Shown piece after piece: positions 39,771 through 48,874 of a stretch of 64,000 bases of DNA. The notes under the pieces were generated by a model. The model saw only the letters and a list, made by a program, of their open reading frames with translations. It had not been told where the DNA came from and ran no database searches. This stretch comes from Ignavibacteriota bacterium. Lineage in GTDB: Bacteria; Bacteroidota; Ignavibacteria; Palsa-1295. Positions within the stretch are counted from its first letter, which is position 1, and each line of letters starts with the position of its first letter. The stretch covers positions 1,280,001-1,344,000 of the forward strand of contig CAWBEI010000002.1 in assembly GCA_963787835.1 (NCBI GenBank). The letters are read 5' to 3'. The position numbers and the translations under genes were made by a program.

Positions 39771-39809
39771 GCTATCTAATAATCGCAAACTAAAGTTTGC
39801 GCTACATTT

Positions 39810-40187
39810 TTACTTGGTTGCTTTCTTCTTTCCTGCAACGGTCTTTCGACGGCCTTTGCGGGTACGTGCGTTCGTGCGTGTACGTTGGCCGCGCACCGGA
39901 AGCCCTTTACGATGGCGCAATCCGCGATAGGAGCCAATATCCATCAAACGTTTGATGGCAAGCTGCATTTCGCTGCGGGCGGTTCCCTCTACCTTATAAT
40001 CGGCAGTGATGACGCCACGAATGTTCGTGACTTCATCCTCGGTCAGGTCGCCGATCTTCTTATCCTCGGAGATACCGACGGCCGAGAGTATCTTCTCCGC
40101 GCTGGTTCTGCCGATACCATAGATGTACGTCAGTCCGATTACGGACCGCTTGTTCTTCGGAAGGTCAATGCCGGCTATTCGAGCCAT
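39810..40187 (-). CDS. rpsM: 30S ribosomal protein S13
   Basis: [42 protein letters not shown]. Confidence 0.99.
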   Translation of the reverse strand: MARIAGIDLPKNKRSVIGLTYIYGIGRTSAEKILSAVGISEDKKIGDLTEDEVTNIRGVITADYKVEGTARSEMQLAIKRLMDIGSYRGLRHRKGLPVRGQRTRTNARTRKGRRKTVAGKKKATK

Positions 40188-40189
40188 TC

Positions 40190-40288
40190 TAAAAGTGCTA
40201 AAGTGCTAAGTTCTGAAGTACTAAAAATTCGGGATTCGTATTTCGATTAGAGCCCTAATTCTTAATTCTTAATTTTTAATTCTTAATT
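40190..40288. repeat. Two unpaired short-period tracts, (AAGTGCT[A])n and (CTTAATT)n, in the rpmJ-rpsM spacer
   Basis: AAAAGTGCTAAAGTGCTAAGTTCTGAAGTACTAAA and CTAATTCTTAATTCTTAATTTTTAATTCTTAATT. Confidence 0.7.
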
Positions 40289-40403
40289 ACCCCTGACGCT
40301 GCTTGTGCTTCGGATTTGTTTTGCAGATCACGCGCACGACACCCTTTCGGGTGATCACCTTACAATTTTCGCAGCGCTTTTTTACCGATGCCTGTACTTT
40401 CAT
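40287..40403 (-). CDS. rpmJ: 50S ribosomal protein L36 (absent from the ORF track)
   Basis: Hand translation [38 protein letters not shown]. Confidence 0.98.
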   Translation of the reverse strand: MKVQASVKKRCENCKVITRKGVVRVICKTNPKHKQRQG

Positions 40404-40442
40404 GTTCGTGTCTTAAAAAATTGTGTCAAAGTCGCCTTTTAC

Positions 40443-40568
40443 GTCATTGCGAGGAGAATCGAACGACCAGCGGGAGTTCGAATCGACGAAGCAATCTCTT
40501 ACTCTTCGGGCGGAGATTGCTTCGGAAGAATAACTTCGCTTCGCTTCGTTATTCTTTCTCGCAATGAC
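40443..40568. repeat. Palindromic element resembling Rickettsia RPE-type repeats (GTCATTGCGAG...GCAATCTC / GAGATTGC...CTCGCAATGAC)
   Basis: Perfect 11-bp terminal inverted repeat; internal CGAAGCAATCTC/GAGATTGCTTCG stem; extra GAATAAC/GTTATTC hairpin. Confidence 0.85.
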
Positions 40569-40594
40569 ATCCACAAGGGTGGATGTCGTGAGGG

Positions 40595-40813
40595 TTACTT
40601 ATACCGATAGGTAATTCGCCCCTTGCTCAGGTCATACGGGGAAAGCTCGATCGTTACGCGGTCCCCTTGCAAGATCTTGATGTAGTTCATCCGCATCTTG
40701 CCGGAAATACGTGCAAGGATCTCATGGCCGTTTTCCAGCTTCACTCGAAACGTTGCGTTCGGCAACGCTTCTTCTATTATGCCATCGACCGTGATCGCCC
40801 CTTGTTTGGCCAT
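40595..40813 (-). CDS. infA: Translation initiation factor IF-1
   Basis: [40 protein letters not shown]; SD AGGAG upstream. Confidence 0.99.
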   Translation of the reverse strand: MAKQGAITVDGIIEEALPNATFRVKLENGHEILARISGKMRMNYIKILQGDRVTIELSPYDLSKGRITYRYK

Positions 40814-40987
40814 CTACTCCTTTTTCTGTATCCCTGTATGCCGGATTTCCCCAAAATTTGGAAAATTACCAGTAATGCCTTTATTATCAAAGACTTTACG
40901 TTAATTTAAAAGAAAGGAAACCCCTGCCCACCTTTTGAGCGCGGGGCATTAACCGAAAGGAAGTGTGGAATGTTCCAATGCTCGCCA

Positions 40988-41262
40988 GAACCGGGATTTT
41001 TGGGATGAATGGGATTTTTGTGATAAGAGTTGATATGTCATCCCGAGCGGAGCAAATCGTAGTCCGTCCCGGCGGACTACGATTTGCGTAGTCGAAGGAT
41101 CTCAGGACGTTCACCTCTGAGCCAAACTGCATGAGATCCTTCGACTACGTTCATTGCTCCTTCGTCGCAATGAACGTAGTCGAAGGATGACATTTTCTGA
41201 TAAGATTTTGCTCATTAGAATCCCCATCTCATTCATCCCAAAAATCCCATAAATCCCGGTTC
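40988..41262. repeat. Composite element: 9-nt-period inverted arms (GAACCGGGAT.../...ATCCCGGTTC) enclosing a GTCATCC...GGATGAC palindromic element (41036-41192)
   Basis: Outer arms at 40988-41024 and 41226-41262 are near reverse complements. The inner element has CGTAGTCGAAGGATCTC/GAGATCCTTCGACTACG and GCAAATCGTAGTCC/GGACTACGATTTGC stems. Confidence 0.85.
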
Positions 41263-41375
41263 AGACATTTTCCCTCCGTGAACTCCCTTCCCGTTCTCGT
41301 AGTTTGCCGCCACTTGTCGTACTATAATATACCGCCCAAGGAACGTGCGTTTGTTATCGCACTTCAAAAGTTAAA

Positions 41376-43757
41376 ATGGCTAAATCATTAGTAATAGTAG
41401 AATCGCCGGCGAAGGCAAAGACGATCAATAAGTATCTTGGCACGGGCTTCATTGTCGAGGCTTCGGTTGGGCATATCAAGGATCTGCCGAAATCGAAGCT
41501 CGGCATCGATATGGAGCACGGGTTTGCCCCAAGCTATACCACCGTCAAGGGTAAAAAGGAAATCATCGACCGCCTGAAAAAGCTTGCCGCAACCTCGAAA
41601 GAGATCTTCCTCGCAACCGATCCTGACCGAGAGGGCGAGGCCATTGCCTACCACCTTGCCGCCGAAGTATCGCCGAAAAATGCGAACATCAAACGCGTAC
41701 TTTTTACGGAGATCACCAAGAATGGTATTACCGAGGCGATGAAGCATCCGCGCGGTGTCGATCAGGCGCTCTTCGATGCGCAGCAGGCGCGCCGTGTGAT
41801 GGATCGCATCATCGGTTATCAGGTTTCGCCCATATTATGGAAAGCGTTCATCGGCAAGAGCGCGGAGGCGCTTTCGGCTGGCCGCGTGCAGTCTGTTGCG
41901 TTGCGTCTCATCTGCGAGCGCGAGGAAGCCATCAACCGCTTTCAGCCGATCGATTATTGGAATCTATGGGCTGATTTCTCGACGGAATCAACCGAGTTCC
42001 CAATCCATGCGCGCCTCATTTCTGTGGATGGGACCGAAATCCGCAATCCCGAAGGCAGTTTGCAGGATCTTTCCGAAGCAGAAAAATCGACCTTCATTCG
42101 CAGTGAAGCAACCGCTCGCGGATATGCACGCGATGCGCAATCGAAAACCTATCGCATCGCATCGCTCACTAAGCGCGAGGTAAAGAAAAATCCGCCGCAG
42201 CCATTTATTACGAGCTCACTTCAGGCGGCAGCGAGCAGCAAGCTCCGTTTCAATCCGCGCAAAACTATGGGTCTTGCCCAGCGATTATACGAAGGCGTGG
42301 AACTCGGCGAAGAAGGCCTGACCGGACTCATCACTTACATGCGTACGGATTCCACTCGCATTGCGCCAGAAGCGCGGAACGAAGCGCTGCAATACATCGA
42401 GCAAAATTACGGCGCGAAGTACATGGGCGAGGAGCGCAAAACGAAGCAAAGCAAGCTCGCTCAGGAAGCGCACGAAGCCATTCGCCCAGCCTCTGCAATG
42501 CGCGATCCCAAAAGTGTTCGCAGATTTTTGGAAGCCGAAGATAAGAATCTCTTCGCGTTGTATGAACTGATCTGGAAACGATTTATCGCAAGCCAAATGG
42601 CTCCCGCGCTTATCGATCAGACGACGGTCGAGATCGAATCGCTCGAAAAAGAGGGAAGCAAATATCGCTTCCGTGCAAGCGGATCGGTGGTTACGTTCAA
42701 CGGCTACATGCAGGTCATGGATGACGTGGATGAGTCCGCGAAAAAAGGCGAAGAGGGTGCCGATGCGTTGGAAGAATCCGGTAAGGCAAAGTTACCGAAC
42801 GGCATTCGCGAAGGACAATCCTCGAATATCGAGAATATCGATCTGCAGGCCAGCTCCACAAAGCCTCCGCCGCGATTTTCCGAGAGTACACTCGTCAAAG
42901 AATTAGAATCGCTTGGAATTGGAAGACCATCCACCTACGCTTCCATTGTGGGAACCGTGCAGGAGCGCGGATACGTCGAGCAGGAAGAACGCAGGCTTTA
43001 TCCGACCACGCTTGGTCTGGATGTGAATCGCATTCTCGTAAAATCCTTCCCGGAGATCTTCAATGTGGATTTTACGGCGAAGATGGAAGAGGAATTGGAT
43101 ACCATCGCAGCGCATGAGCGCACCTACGAATCGGTCATGACCGATTTCTATGTGCCATTCAAGCATGTTCTCGATCAGGTAGAGGAGCGGCTCGTAGAAG
43201 AACTCCCCGTTCGTGCATGCCCCGCATGTGGTTCGAAGAACACCGAGGTAAAATCCGGTTGGTTTGGTATGTATCTCGATTGCGCCGATTGCGGCAAAAA
43301 GACTTCCCTGAAGAACGAAGGCCGTCCTGCTCCGGAAAACACCGGCGAGCAATGCCCGGAATGTATTCAACGGAATGATGGCGAGGGCATCGGCGAACTG
43401 CTTATTCGGTCAAGTAGATTCGGGAAATTTATCGGTTGCAGCAGATATCCAAAATGCAAATATACCCGCGCGATGCCGACGGGAATTAAATGTCCGAAAT
43501 GCTTAGTAGGCGATATTAGTGAACGTCGCGGTGGCAAAGGGAAGCGGAAATTCTGGGGTTGCTCACGGTATCCCGACTGCGATTTTCTCTCGAACGATAA
43601 ACCGGTAAATAAAGCATGCCCGGTTTGCAACAACAAATGGCTTGCAAACAAATGGACGCGTGATCGCGGCGAGTTCCTGAAATGCCCGAATTGTAAAAAG
43701 GAGTTTACCGCAGAACTCAACGAAACGAACCACGATTCTCAGGATGAGAAGGATTAA
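41376..43757 (+). CDS. topA: DNA topoisomerase I with C-terminal Zn ribbons
   Basis: LVIVESPAKAKTI, DPDREGE, SAGRVQS, ITYMRTDS, AQEAHEAIRP, several CxxC motifs. Confidence 0.99.
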   Translation: MAKSLVIVESPAKAKTINKYLGTGFIVEASVGHIKDLPKSKLGIDMEHGFAPSYTTVKGKKEIIDRLKKLAATSKEIFLATDPDREGEAIAYHLAAEVSPKNANIKRVLFTEITKNGITEAMKHPRGVDQALFDAQQARRVMDRIIGYQVSPILWKAFIGKSAEALSAGRVQSVALRLICEREEAINRFQPIDYWNLWADFSTESTEFPIHARLISVDGTEIRNPEGSLQDLSEAEKSTFIRSEATARGYARDAQSKTYRIASLTKREVKKNPPQPFITSSLQAAASSKLRFNPRKTMGLAQRLYEGVELGEEGLTGLITYMRTDSTRIAPEARNEALQYIEQNYGAKYMGEERKTKQSKLAQEAHEAIRPASAMRDPKSVRRFLEAEDKNLFALYELIWKRFIASQMAPALIDQTTVEIESLEKEGSKYRFRASGSVVTFNGYMQVMDDVDESAKKGEEGADALEESGKAKLPNGIREGQSSNIENIDLQASSTKPPPRFSESTLVKELESLGIGRPSTYASIVGTVQERGYVEQEERRLYPTTLGLDVNRILVKSFPEIFNVDFTAKMEEELDTIAAHERTYESVMTDFYVPFKHVLDQVEERLVEELPVRACPACGSKNTEVKSGWFGMYLDCADCGKKTSLKNEGRPAPENTGEQCPECIQRNDGEGIGELLIRSSRFGKFIGCSRYPKCKYTRAMPTGIKCPKCLVGDISERRGGKGKRKFWGCSRYPDCDFLSNDKPVNKACPVCNNKWLANKWTRDRGEFLKCPNCKKEFTAELNETNHDSQDEKD

Positions 43758-43860
43758 GGACAGGATGGATTTTAGGATTATAAAGGATATTGCTTTATAA
43801 CCTTAATATCAATCCCTCAAATCGTCTGCGCAATCCATCCAAATCCGCGTAATCCAGGTT
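43727..43860. repeat. 9-nt-period inverted repeat element overlapping the topA stop
   Basis: Left GAACCACGATTCTCAGGATGAGAAGGATT, right AATCCATCCAAATCCGCGTAATCCAGGTT. Confidence 0.7.
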
Positions 43861-43867
43861 TTGGATT

Positions 43868-46800
43868 TTACTCGACCGCCATTTTCAGCATTTGCACCGG
43901 CTGCCCATCCGCCTGGAATTCATAAAAATAAATCCCGGAATGGAGTGAGCCTGCATCGACGGTGACCTGATAACGCCCGCGTGCGAACGGAACATGATCC
44001 ACCGGACGTAACACTTCCCTTCCCGTTGGATCGAGCAAGCGAATGGTAATGATGGAGTTGTCATTACCGACATCGAACGGCAGCGTGGTTCCTGAGGAAC
44101 CAGCGCCAAAGGGGTTAGGAATATTTTGCTCGATAAAGCTTGCGATCGGTTGTCCGCCATCCAGAAGATGAATGGTCCCGCAAATGGAATCCAGTACCAC
44201 GGTGGTAGAGGACTGCGGAACCACAATCTCATTAGTACCGGGAATAGTATCGTATCCGATGAGCGGCGATGTTGCGCCTTCTTGCAAATTGTTATGTAAC
44301 TGAAGCATGAAGGTGAACAAGGTCCCCATCTGCGAAAGGGTATCGGTCGTGGAGGTGATCAAATAATCGAACGACCCATTGTGATATGTGAATTTCGAGA
44401 CCCAATTGGAAGTCGGGATCAGATTTCCCGGCTGAGCGGCTCCGCCTTGGACGATGTCCGGGCCGTCCACGATCGTTGGATCGAACGTAATCGTTCCCTG
44501 GACGCGCTGAATACCCATCGAATCGGGAATAACGGTTTGGAGATCAACCTCGGCTGCGATCTTATCTCCCGGCCTTCCCCAGTAGGCATGTGGGAACCCT
44601 AATTGCACATGCAGCGGTGGCACATCGTTCGCGATGAGCACAAGCTTGAACTGCGAACCATCGTCCATCGTCCAAGTAATATAGCCAACTCGCGGAGTCA
44701 GTTGGATGGGAGTTGTTGCAGTGAACGTGACCGGATAGGTTGCAACCGAGTCGGGAGCTATGGTGGTAGCTGCTGGGATCGGAGGTGTGGGTATGAAGTC
44801 CGCAGCATTTGGTCCGGTAACACCTGCGCAGGTGATGGCAAGCGGCCAATTGCCGGAATCCGCAAGGGTAAAGCTTCTCGTTATTACCCTACCCCACGCA
44901 ACCGTATCGAAAAACAGCGTATCGACAGAAAGCTTCGGAACCGGCTGTGCGCCAGTACCTTCGAGAACGACGGAATCGTGAAGCGATGCCTGGAACGGTG
45001 ATCCTACCCCTGCTATGAGAGAGTGAGCATAACCAACGACTTGAGGTGTGAAGGTAACCTGAATTGCCGAAGACTTATCGCTCGGCACCGTGATCGGCGC
45101 GTTAGGAGTCGCGGTGAACGGTAGAGCTGGCCCTGTGATGCTGGTAGCAGTCAAACTCTGACTCGACGTATTGATAAGCTCGAGTGTTTTCGTGGCAGGC
45201 CCGGTGCCGATTCTAACAAAGCCGAAATTGAGCGTGTCAACCTGGAACGCAAGGAAATTGGAACTATCATGGCCAATGAGATAAACGGTGTCCCGGGTTC
45301 CATCATCATAATAGAAAACAAGTTCCGATTCATGCTGAGGAAGATCCGGGAAATGCGGCGTAAACGTGATCGTATAACTGGAACTTCCTCCAACCGCGAC
45401 AGAATCTTTAGCAACAGTATCGACGGCAATCCCGGATTGCAACAGAACGGTAAATTCTTTATTGGGATCGTTGATCTTTACAATCTTGGCAGCAAGCTTC
45501 CAGTCTCCGGTATCCTGAAGCGTAAGTTGCTGTGGGCTGCTGGTGGTTTGAAGTGGGAACGTGCCGAAGTCTATCTCTTTGGTCGAGAGTGCGGGCATGG
45601 ATTGCGCACCAATACCTGTAATTAAGATGGAGTCGTCATACATGCCACCGCCCCCTGCGTAGAGCAGGGTAGAAAACGCCGAACGAGAGGGTGGCGTAAA
45701 ATAGAGGCTGTCATAATAATGGCCGCTGGCTGGAACGGTTCCAGTAGTATCTTTCAGAGAAAAAGGAATGCCGGCGGGCGAGAGCCAGATCGTATCCACA
45801 TTTAATGGGATGATCTCCGGATTGCCAAAGCAAACACCGGTATCGGAGGTCGTTCCCACGCGCACACGACCGAAATCGTACGAGTGATTGCAAAATTGAA
45901 CGGATTGAGTTGCCTCGGTCGCTTTGAGCGGTAAGGTATCGATGGTGCCATCGCAATAATGGATCTCGAGATTTGCATGGTGAACCGTTCCGCCAGTGTG
46001 GGCATAGGTCGTAAAGTTAAATGTGAGCGTCCGGGAACTCATCCCACTATCCGCTACGGTATCGGGTGTTACAGACGGGTTTACGAGGGAGAACTCGCTC
46101 GAATCGGGGCCAGAAATACTGTAACCACAGATAATAAGCGGGTAATCACCGGTATCGGTGATGATGGTTTGGGCCGCGTTCTTACTCGAATCCCAGCAGG
46201 TGCCGAAATCAACCGGCGAAGGGGAAAAGACTGGCTGTGCTATCGCACCGAACCCGAACAGATAAATGGAATCGTCCTGCTCATTACATTGAATGTGGAC
46301 CCACGCGCTTGATGCACCGTGTATAGCTGGTTGGAATTCCAACTGAATACTGTCAGACGTACCGGGGGCGTAGTTGTTTGGCGTTGGAGCCGTCAATTGA
46401 AAAACGGGTGAAGCTGGAGAGAATACCGGACTAAATAATTGAGAATATGGACTTAAGTTTTCCACGCCAACAACCTTAGTCAGGGCATCTCCCACTTTTA
46501 CCCTGCCAAAATTGACGATGTTGGTATCGTAGGTTATCGCCCGCTGTTTTTCCACCCCGTTCAGGTAAATGTATTCGGGTTGTGAGCCATCGTCAAAATA
46601 AAATTCCAAGCAGGCGCTCAGCGGCTCTGTAATGGTCGTGGTCGGGTGGAAGGTGATCGAAAAGATTCGAGACTGCCCTGCATCCAGATAAAAGCTCGTG
46701 TCCGGAGGAGTGAAACTAAAATATTTGGGATCGGCACACCCTAAGTTTGCCAGGATCACATGTGCCGTCCAATTGCCAATATTCGTGATCGTATCATTGA

Positions 46801-48166
46801 GCGTCCTCGAATCATTTGTAAAAAGCGTATCGAAATTGAGACTCGATTGAGATGCAGTAACATTCGGGATCGCTCCGCAGCCCGTCAGGAGGATGGTTGT
46901 AAGATTCCCTTCGGAGTCCCAAAGATAGGCCGTTGCCTGATAGCATTGGGCGAGTAAGGGTATGAACGTGAATTTGATCGGTACGCCACTTTCGGCAGCA
47001 ACAGGATCTGGTGTGACAATGGTCGTTCCAAAGATGCCGGCAGGCGTGCCGGGAGCAGGGATGATCGTATCCTGGGTAATATAATACGTCGCATTCCCGG
47101 AATTAAAGGCATTCGCATTGAGCGAGTTAAACGTTTGGGAGCGTACGGTTCCAAAATCAAGGGAAGATGGGCCGATCTTTCCATCGGGGGCTGCACTGTA
47201 TCCGGTGAGTACGATCTCACGCAACCGATTAGAAACATCCGCGTTGGACGAGCGAATGTGGAGCGTGGCTGTGCTCGTTACGCGAGGGGCCGTCGGAGTA
47301 TAGGAGACCGAAAACTGATTCGTTGAAGTCTCATCCAGCGTGAAATGAGTTCCACGCTGCGATAGCAGGTTGAAATCCGATTGTCCGGGGCCATCGATCC
47401 ACACACTGTCGATCTGAAGAGGATCGAGGCCGAAGCTCGCGATCGAATCGAGCAATTGGGACGATAAGCCGACATTGGTCGTCGGAAACGCTAAGGTATC
47501 GAATTGAACAGAGATGCCTGCGGTGTATCGTGCCGTGTAAACGTTAATTCCACCGGTAGCTATTTTGTAGGCAGATCCACTCCCGTCTGTATTAAGCTGG
47601 TCGTAGATGTGGAAATAAAAATAGGTGCCGGCTCCCGGATAAATGGCTGTGTACTCGTGGTAGGGCTGGTAGCTGTTTTCTAACACTTTTAAAGAGTCGG
47701 CGGGACTAGGAGGATTGTTGGTAGAAGAGACTTGCAGATAGACCTGATAATTCTGGTTATTCCATGTCGGAGGATTGGCGAGTGGGATCGGTGCGTTCCA
47801 GTTCGGCGGATTCTTATAGGTGTAACGGGCATCGAATCCAGTCGAATCCTGACCAGAGAAGACCCCGAATGTTCCGCTGAAATAAAATTCAGTGGATATA
47901 TTCTGTTGTATGGGAAAATGAGTTTGTGCCGCAGGGGCGAATTGGTCGGCATGGACAAAGATTGAATCTCTTGGAGTCTGGGCCATCCAGGGCTTCCATT
48001 GTGCGTATGCGGAAGTTGCGTTGAGGAGGAAGATGCCAATAACGAGAGAGCATGCCCATGCTGTGGCAAGCAGGGAGGAGCGAGAGAACACGCTCCGGCG
48101 TTCCTCCAATGTGCAAGCGAGGGTTGATCGAGTTCCCTGTATCACGGTTCTTAAAATTCGTCCCAT
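43868..48166 (-). CDS. Large secreted protein with about nine ASH/choice-of-anchor-D Ig-like repeats, a cohesin-like domain and a T9SS type A CTD
   Basis: Signal peptide ending AYA-Q; nine ~110-aa units starting with xxLDFGxV-like motifs followed by NxG; C-terminus EQNIPNPF...LHSGIYFY...KMAVE. Start uncertain (48166 or 48211). Confidence 0.85.
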   Translation of the reverse strand: MGRILRTVIQGTRSTLACTLEERRSVFSRSSLLATAWACSLVIGIFLLNATSAYAQWKPWMAQTPRDSIFVHADQFAPAAQTHFPIQQNISTEFYFSGTFGVFSGQDSTGFDARYTYKNPPNWNAPIPLANPPTWNNQNYQVYLQVSSTNNPPSPADSLKVLENSYQPYHEYTAIYPGAGTYFYFHIYDQLNTDGSGSAYKIATGGINVYTARYTAGISVQFDTLAFPTTNVGLSSQLLDSIASFGLDPLQIDSVWIDGPGQSDFNLLSQRGTHFTLDETSTNQFSVSYTPTAPRVTSTATLHIRSSNADVSNRLREIVLTGYSAAPDGKIGPSSLDFGTVRSQTFNSLNANAFNSGNATYYITQDTIIPAPGTPAGIFGTTIVTPDPVAAESGVPIKFTFIPLLAQCYQATAYLWDSEGNLTTILLTGCGAIPNVTASQSSLNFDTLFTNDSRTLNDTITNIGNWTAHVILANLGCADPKYFSFTPPDTSFYLDAGQSRIFSITFHPTTTITEPLSACLEFYFDDGSQPEYIYLNGVEKQRAITYDTNIVNFGRVKVGDALTKVVGVENLSPYSQLFSPVFSPASPVFQLTAPTPNNYAPGTSDSIQLEFQPAIHGASSAWVHIQCNEQDDSIYLFGFGAIAQPVFSPSPVDFGTCWDSSKNAAQTIITDTGDYPLIICGYSISGPDSSEFSLVNPSVTPDTVADSGMSSRTLTFNFTTYAHTGGTVHHANLEIHYCDGTIDTLPLKATEATQSVQFCNHSYDFGRVRVGTTSDTGVCFGNPEIIPLNVDTIWLSPAGIPFSLKDTTGTVPASGHYYDSLYFTPPSRSAFSTLLYAGGGGMYDDSILITGIGAQSMPALSTKEIDFGTFPLQTTSSPQQLTLQDTGDWKLAAKIVKINDPNKEFTVLLQSGIAVDTVAKDSVAVGGSSSYTITFTPHFPDLPQHESELVFYYDDGTRDTVYLIGHDSSNFLAFQVDTLNFGFVRIGTGPATKTLELINTSSQSLTATSITGPALPFTATPNAPITVPSDKSSAIQVTFTPQVVGYAHSLIAGVGSPFQASLHDSVVLEGTGAQPVPKLSVDTLFFDTVAWGRVITRSFTLADSGNWPLAITCAGVTGPNAADFIPTPPIPAATTIAPDSVATYPVTFTATTPIQLTPRVGYITWTMDDGSQFKLVLIANDVPPLHVQLGFPHAYWGRPGDKIAAEVDLQTVIPDSMGIQRVQGTITFDPTIVDGPDIVQGGAAQPGNLIPTSNWVSKFTYHNGSFDYLITSTTDTLSQMGTLFTFMLQLHNNLQEGATSPLIGYDTIPGTNEIVVPQSSTTVVLDSICGTIHLLDGGQPIASFIEQNIPNPFGAGSSGTTLPFDVGNDNSIITIRLLDPTGREVLRPVDHVPFARGRYQVTVDAGSLHSGIYFYEFQADGQPVQMLKMAVE

Positions 48167-48874
48167 TTCAAAATAGACCAAGAAGTTGAACAGACAAGAA
48201 TGAAGCACCATTCATTCCCCCTGTATATTATCATTCGTTTTTCCTCTTCACGAAGAGAAAAATCGATTTAAATAATGGGCGCGCAGTAATGCTTTTTGTG
48301 CTCGCCGCATGGGCATGCGAATATCGAATAATGGTGTGTGAAGCTCGCTGGGCATAAGCGATCATTCAGAGCATCGATGCGGGGCCGCACCGATCGTTCA
48401 TCGTGCATGAAGGGGGCACCAGAGCAGGATAAAACTGTAGAATCGCGAACGGACACCGGTAAGCAGAAGTTCCTTAATGTGCTGCGGAATGGGTAATAAT
48501 GTTGCATGATCTAAGAACGGTGGCGAATTATGGGGCAAATATTTGCATATTTTGCTGTTTCAAAGCACTTTTCGCAGGTGTCCTTAATAAATTGATTATT
48601 TTCGCAGTCTTATTTTTGCATGTACATCCTGCTTCTGACGAACGTACCTATCGAAGAATCCCTTTTTGTGAGCGCGAACCAAATCCCAAATGTTGCGTTC
48701 ACAAATAGTTGCTTTTACTCTGGTGGAAGTATTTCGTCTCTTTGGTACGATCGAGGTGAAGTCCGAATCGGTTCAGAATTACCGACAGGATTGACGCTCA
48801 GCGCTGTTCCCACATTTCCTTTGAGTCGCTACCGAAATAACGTTCTTTTATTAAACTGACTGAAGATCATTAGC

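Noticed and set aside
48268-48859. Small ORFs (69-79 aa) or a housekeeping RNA (tmRNA, RNase P, SRP, 6S) in the long divergent spacer
   Set aside because: The ORFs lack family motifs, and I found no signature sequences of these RNAs by eye; an Rfam scan would settle it.
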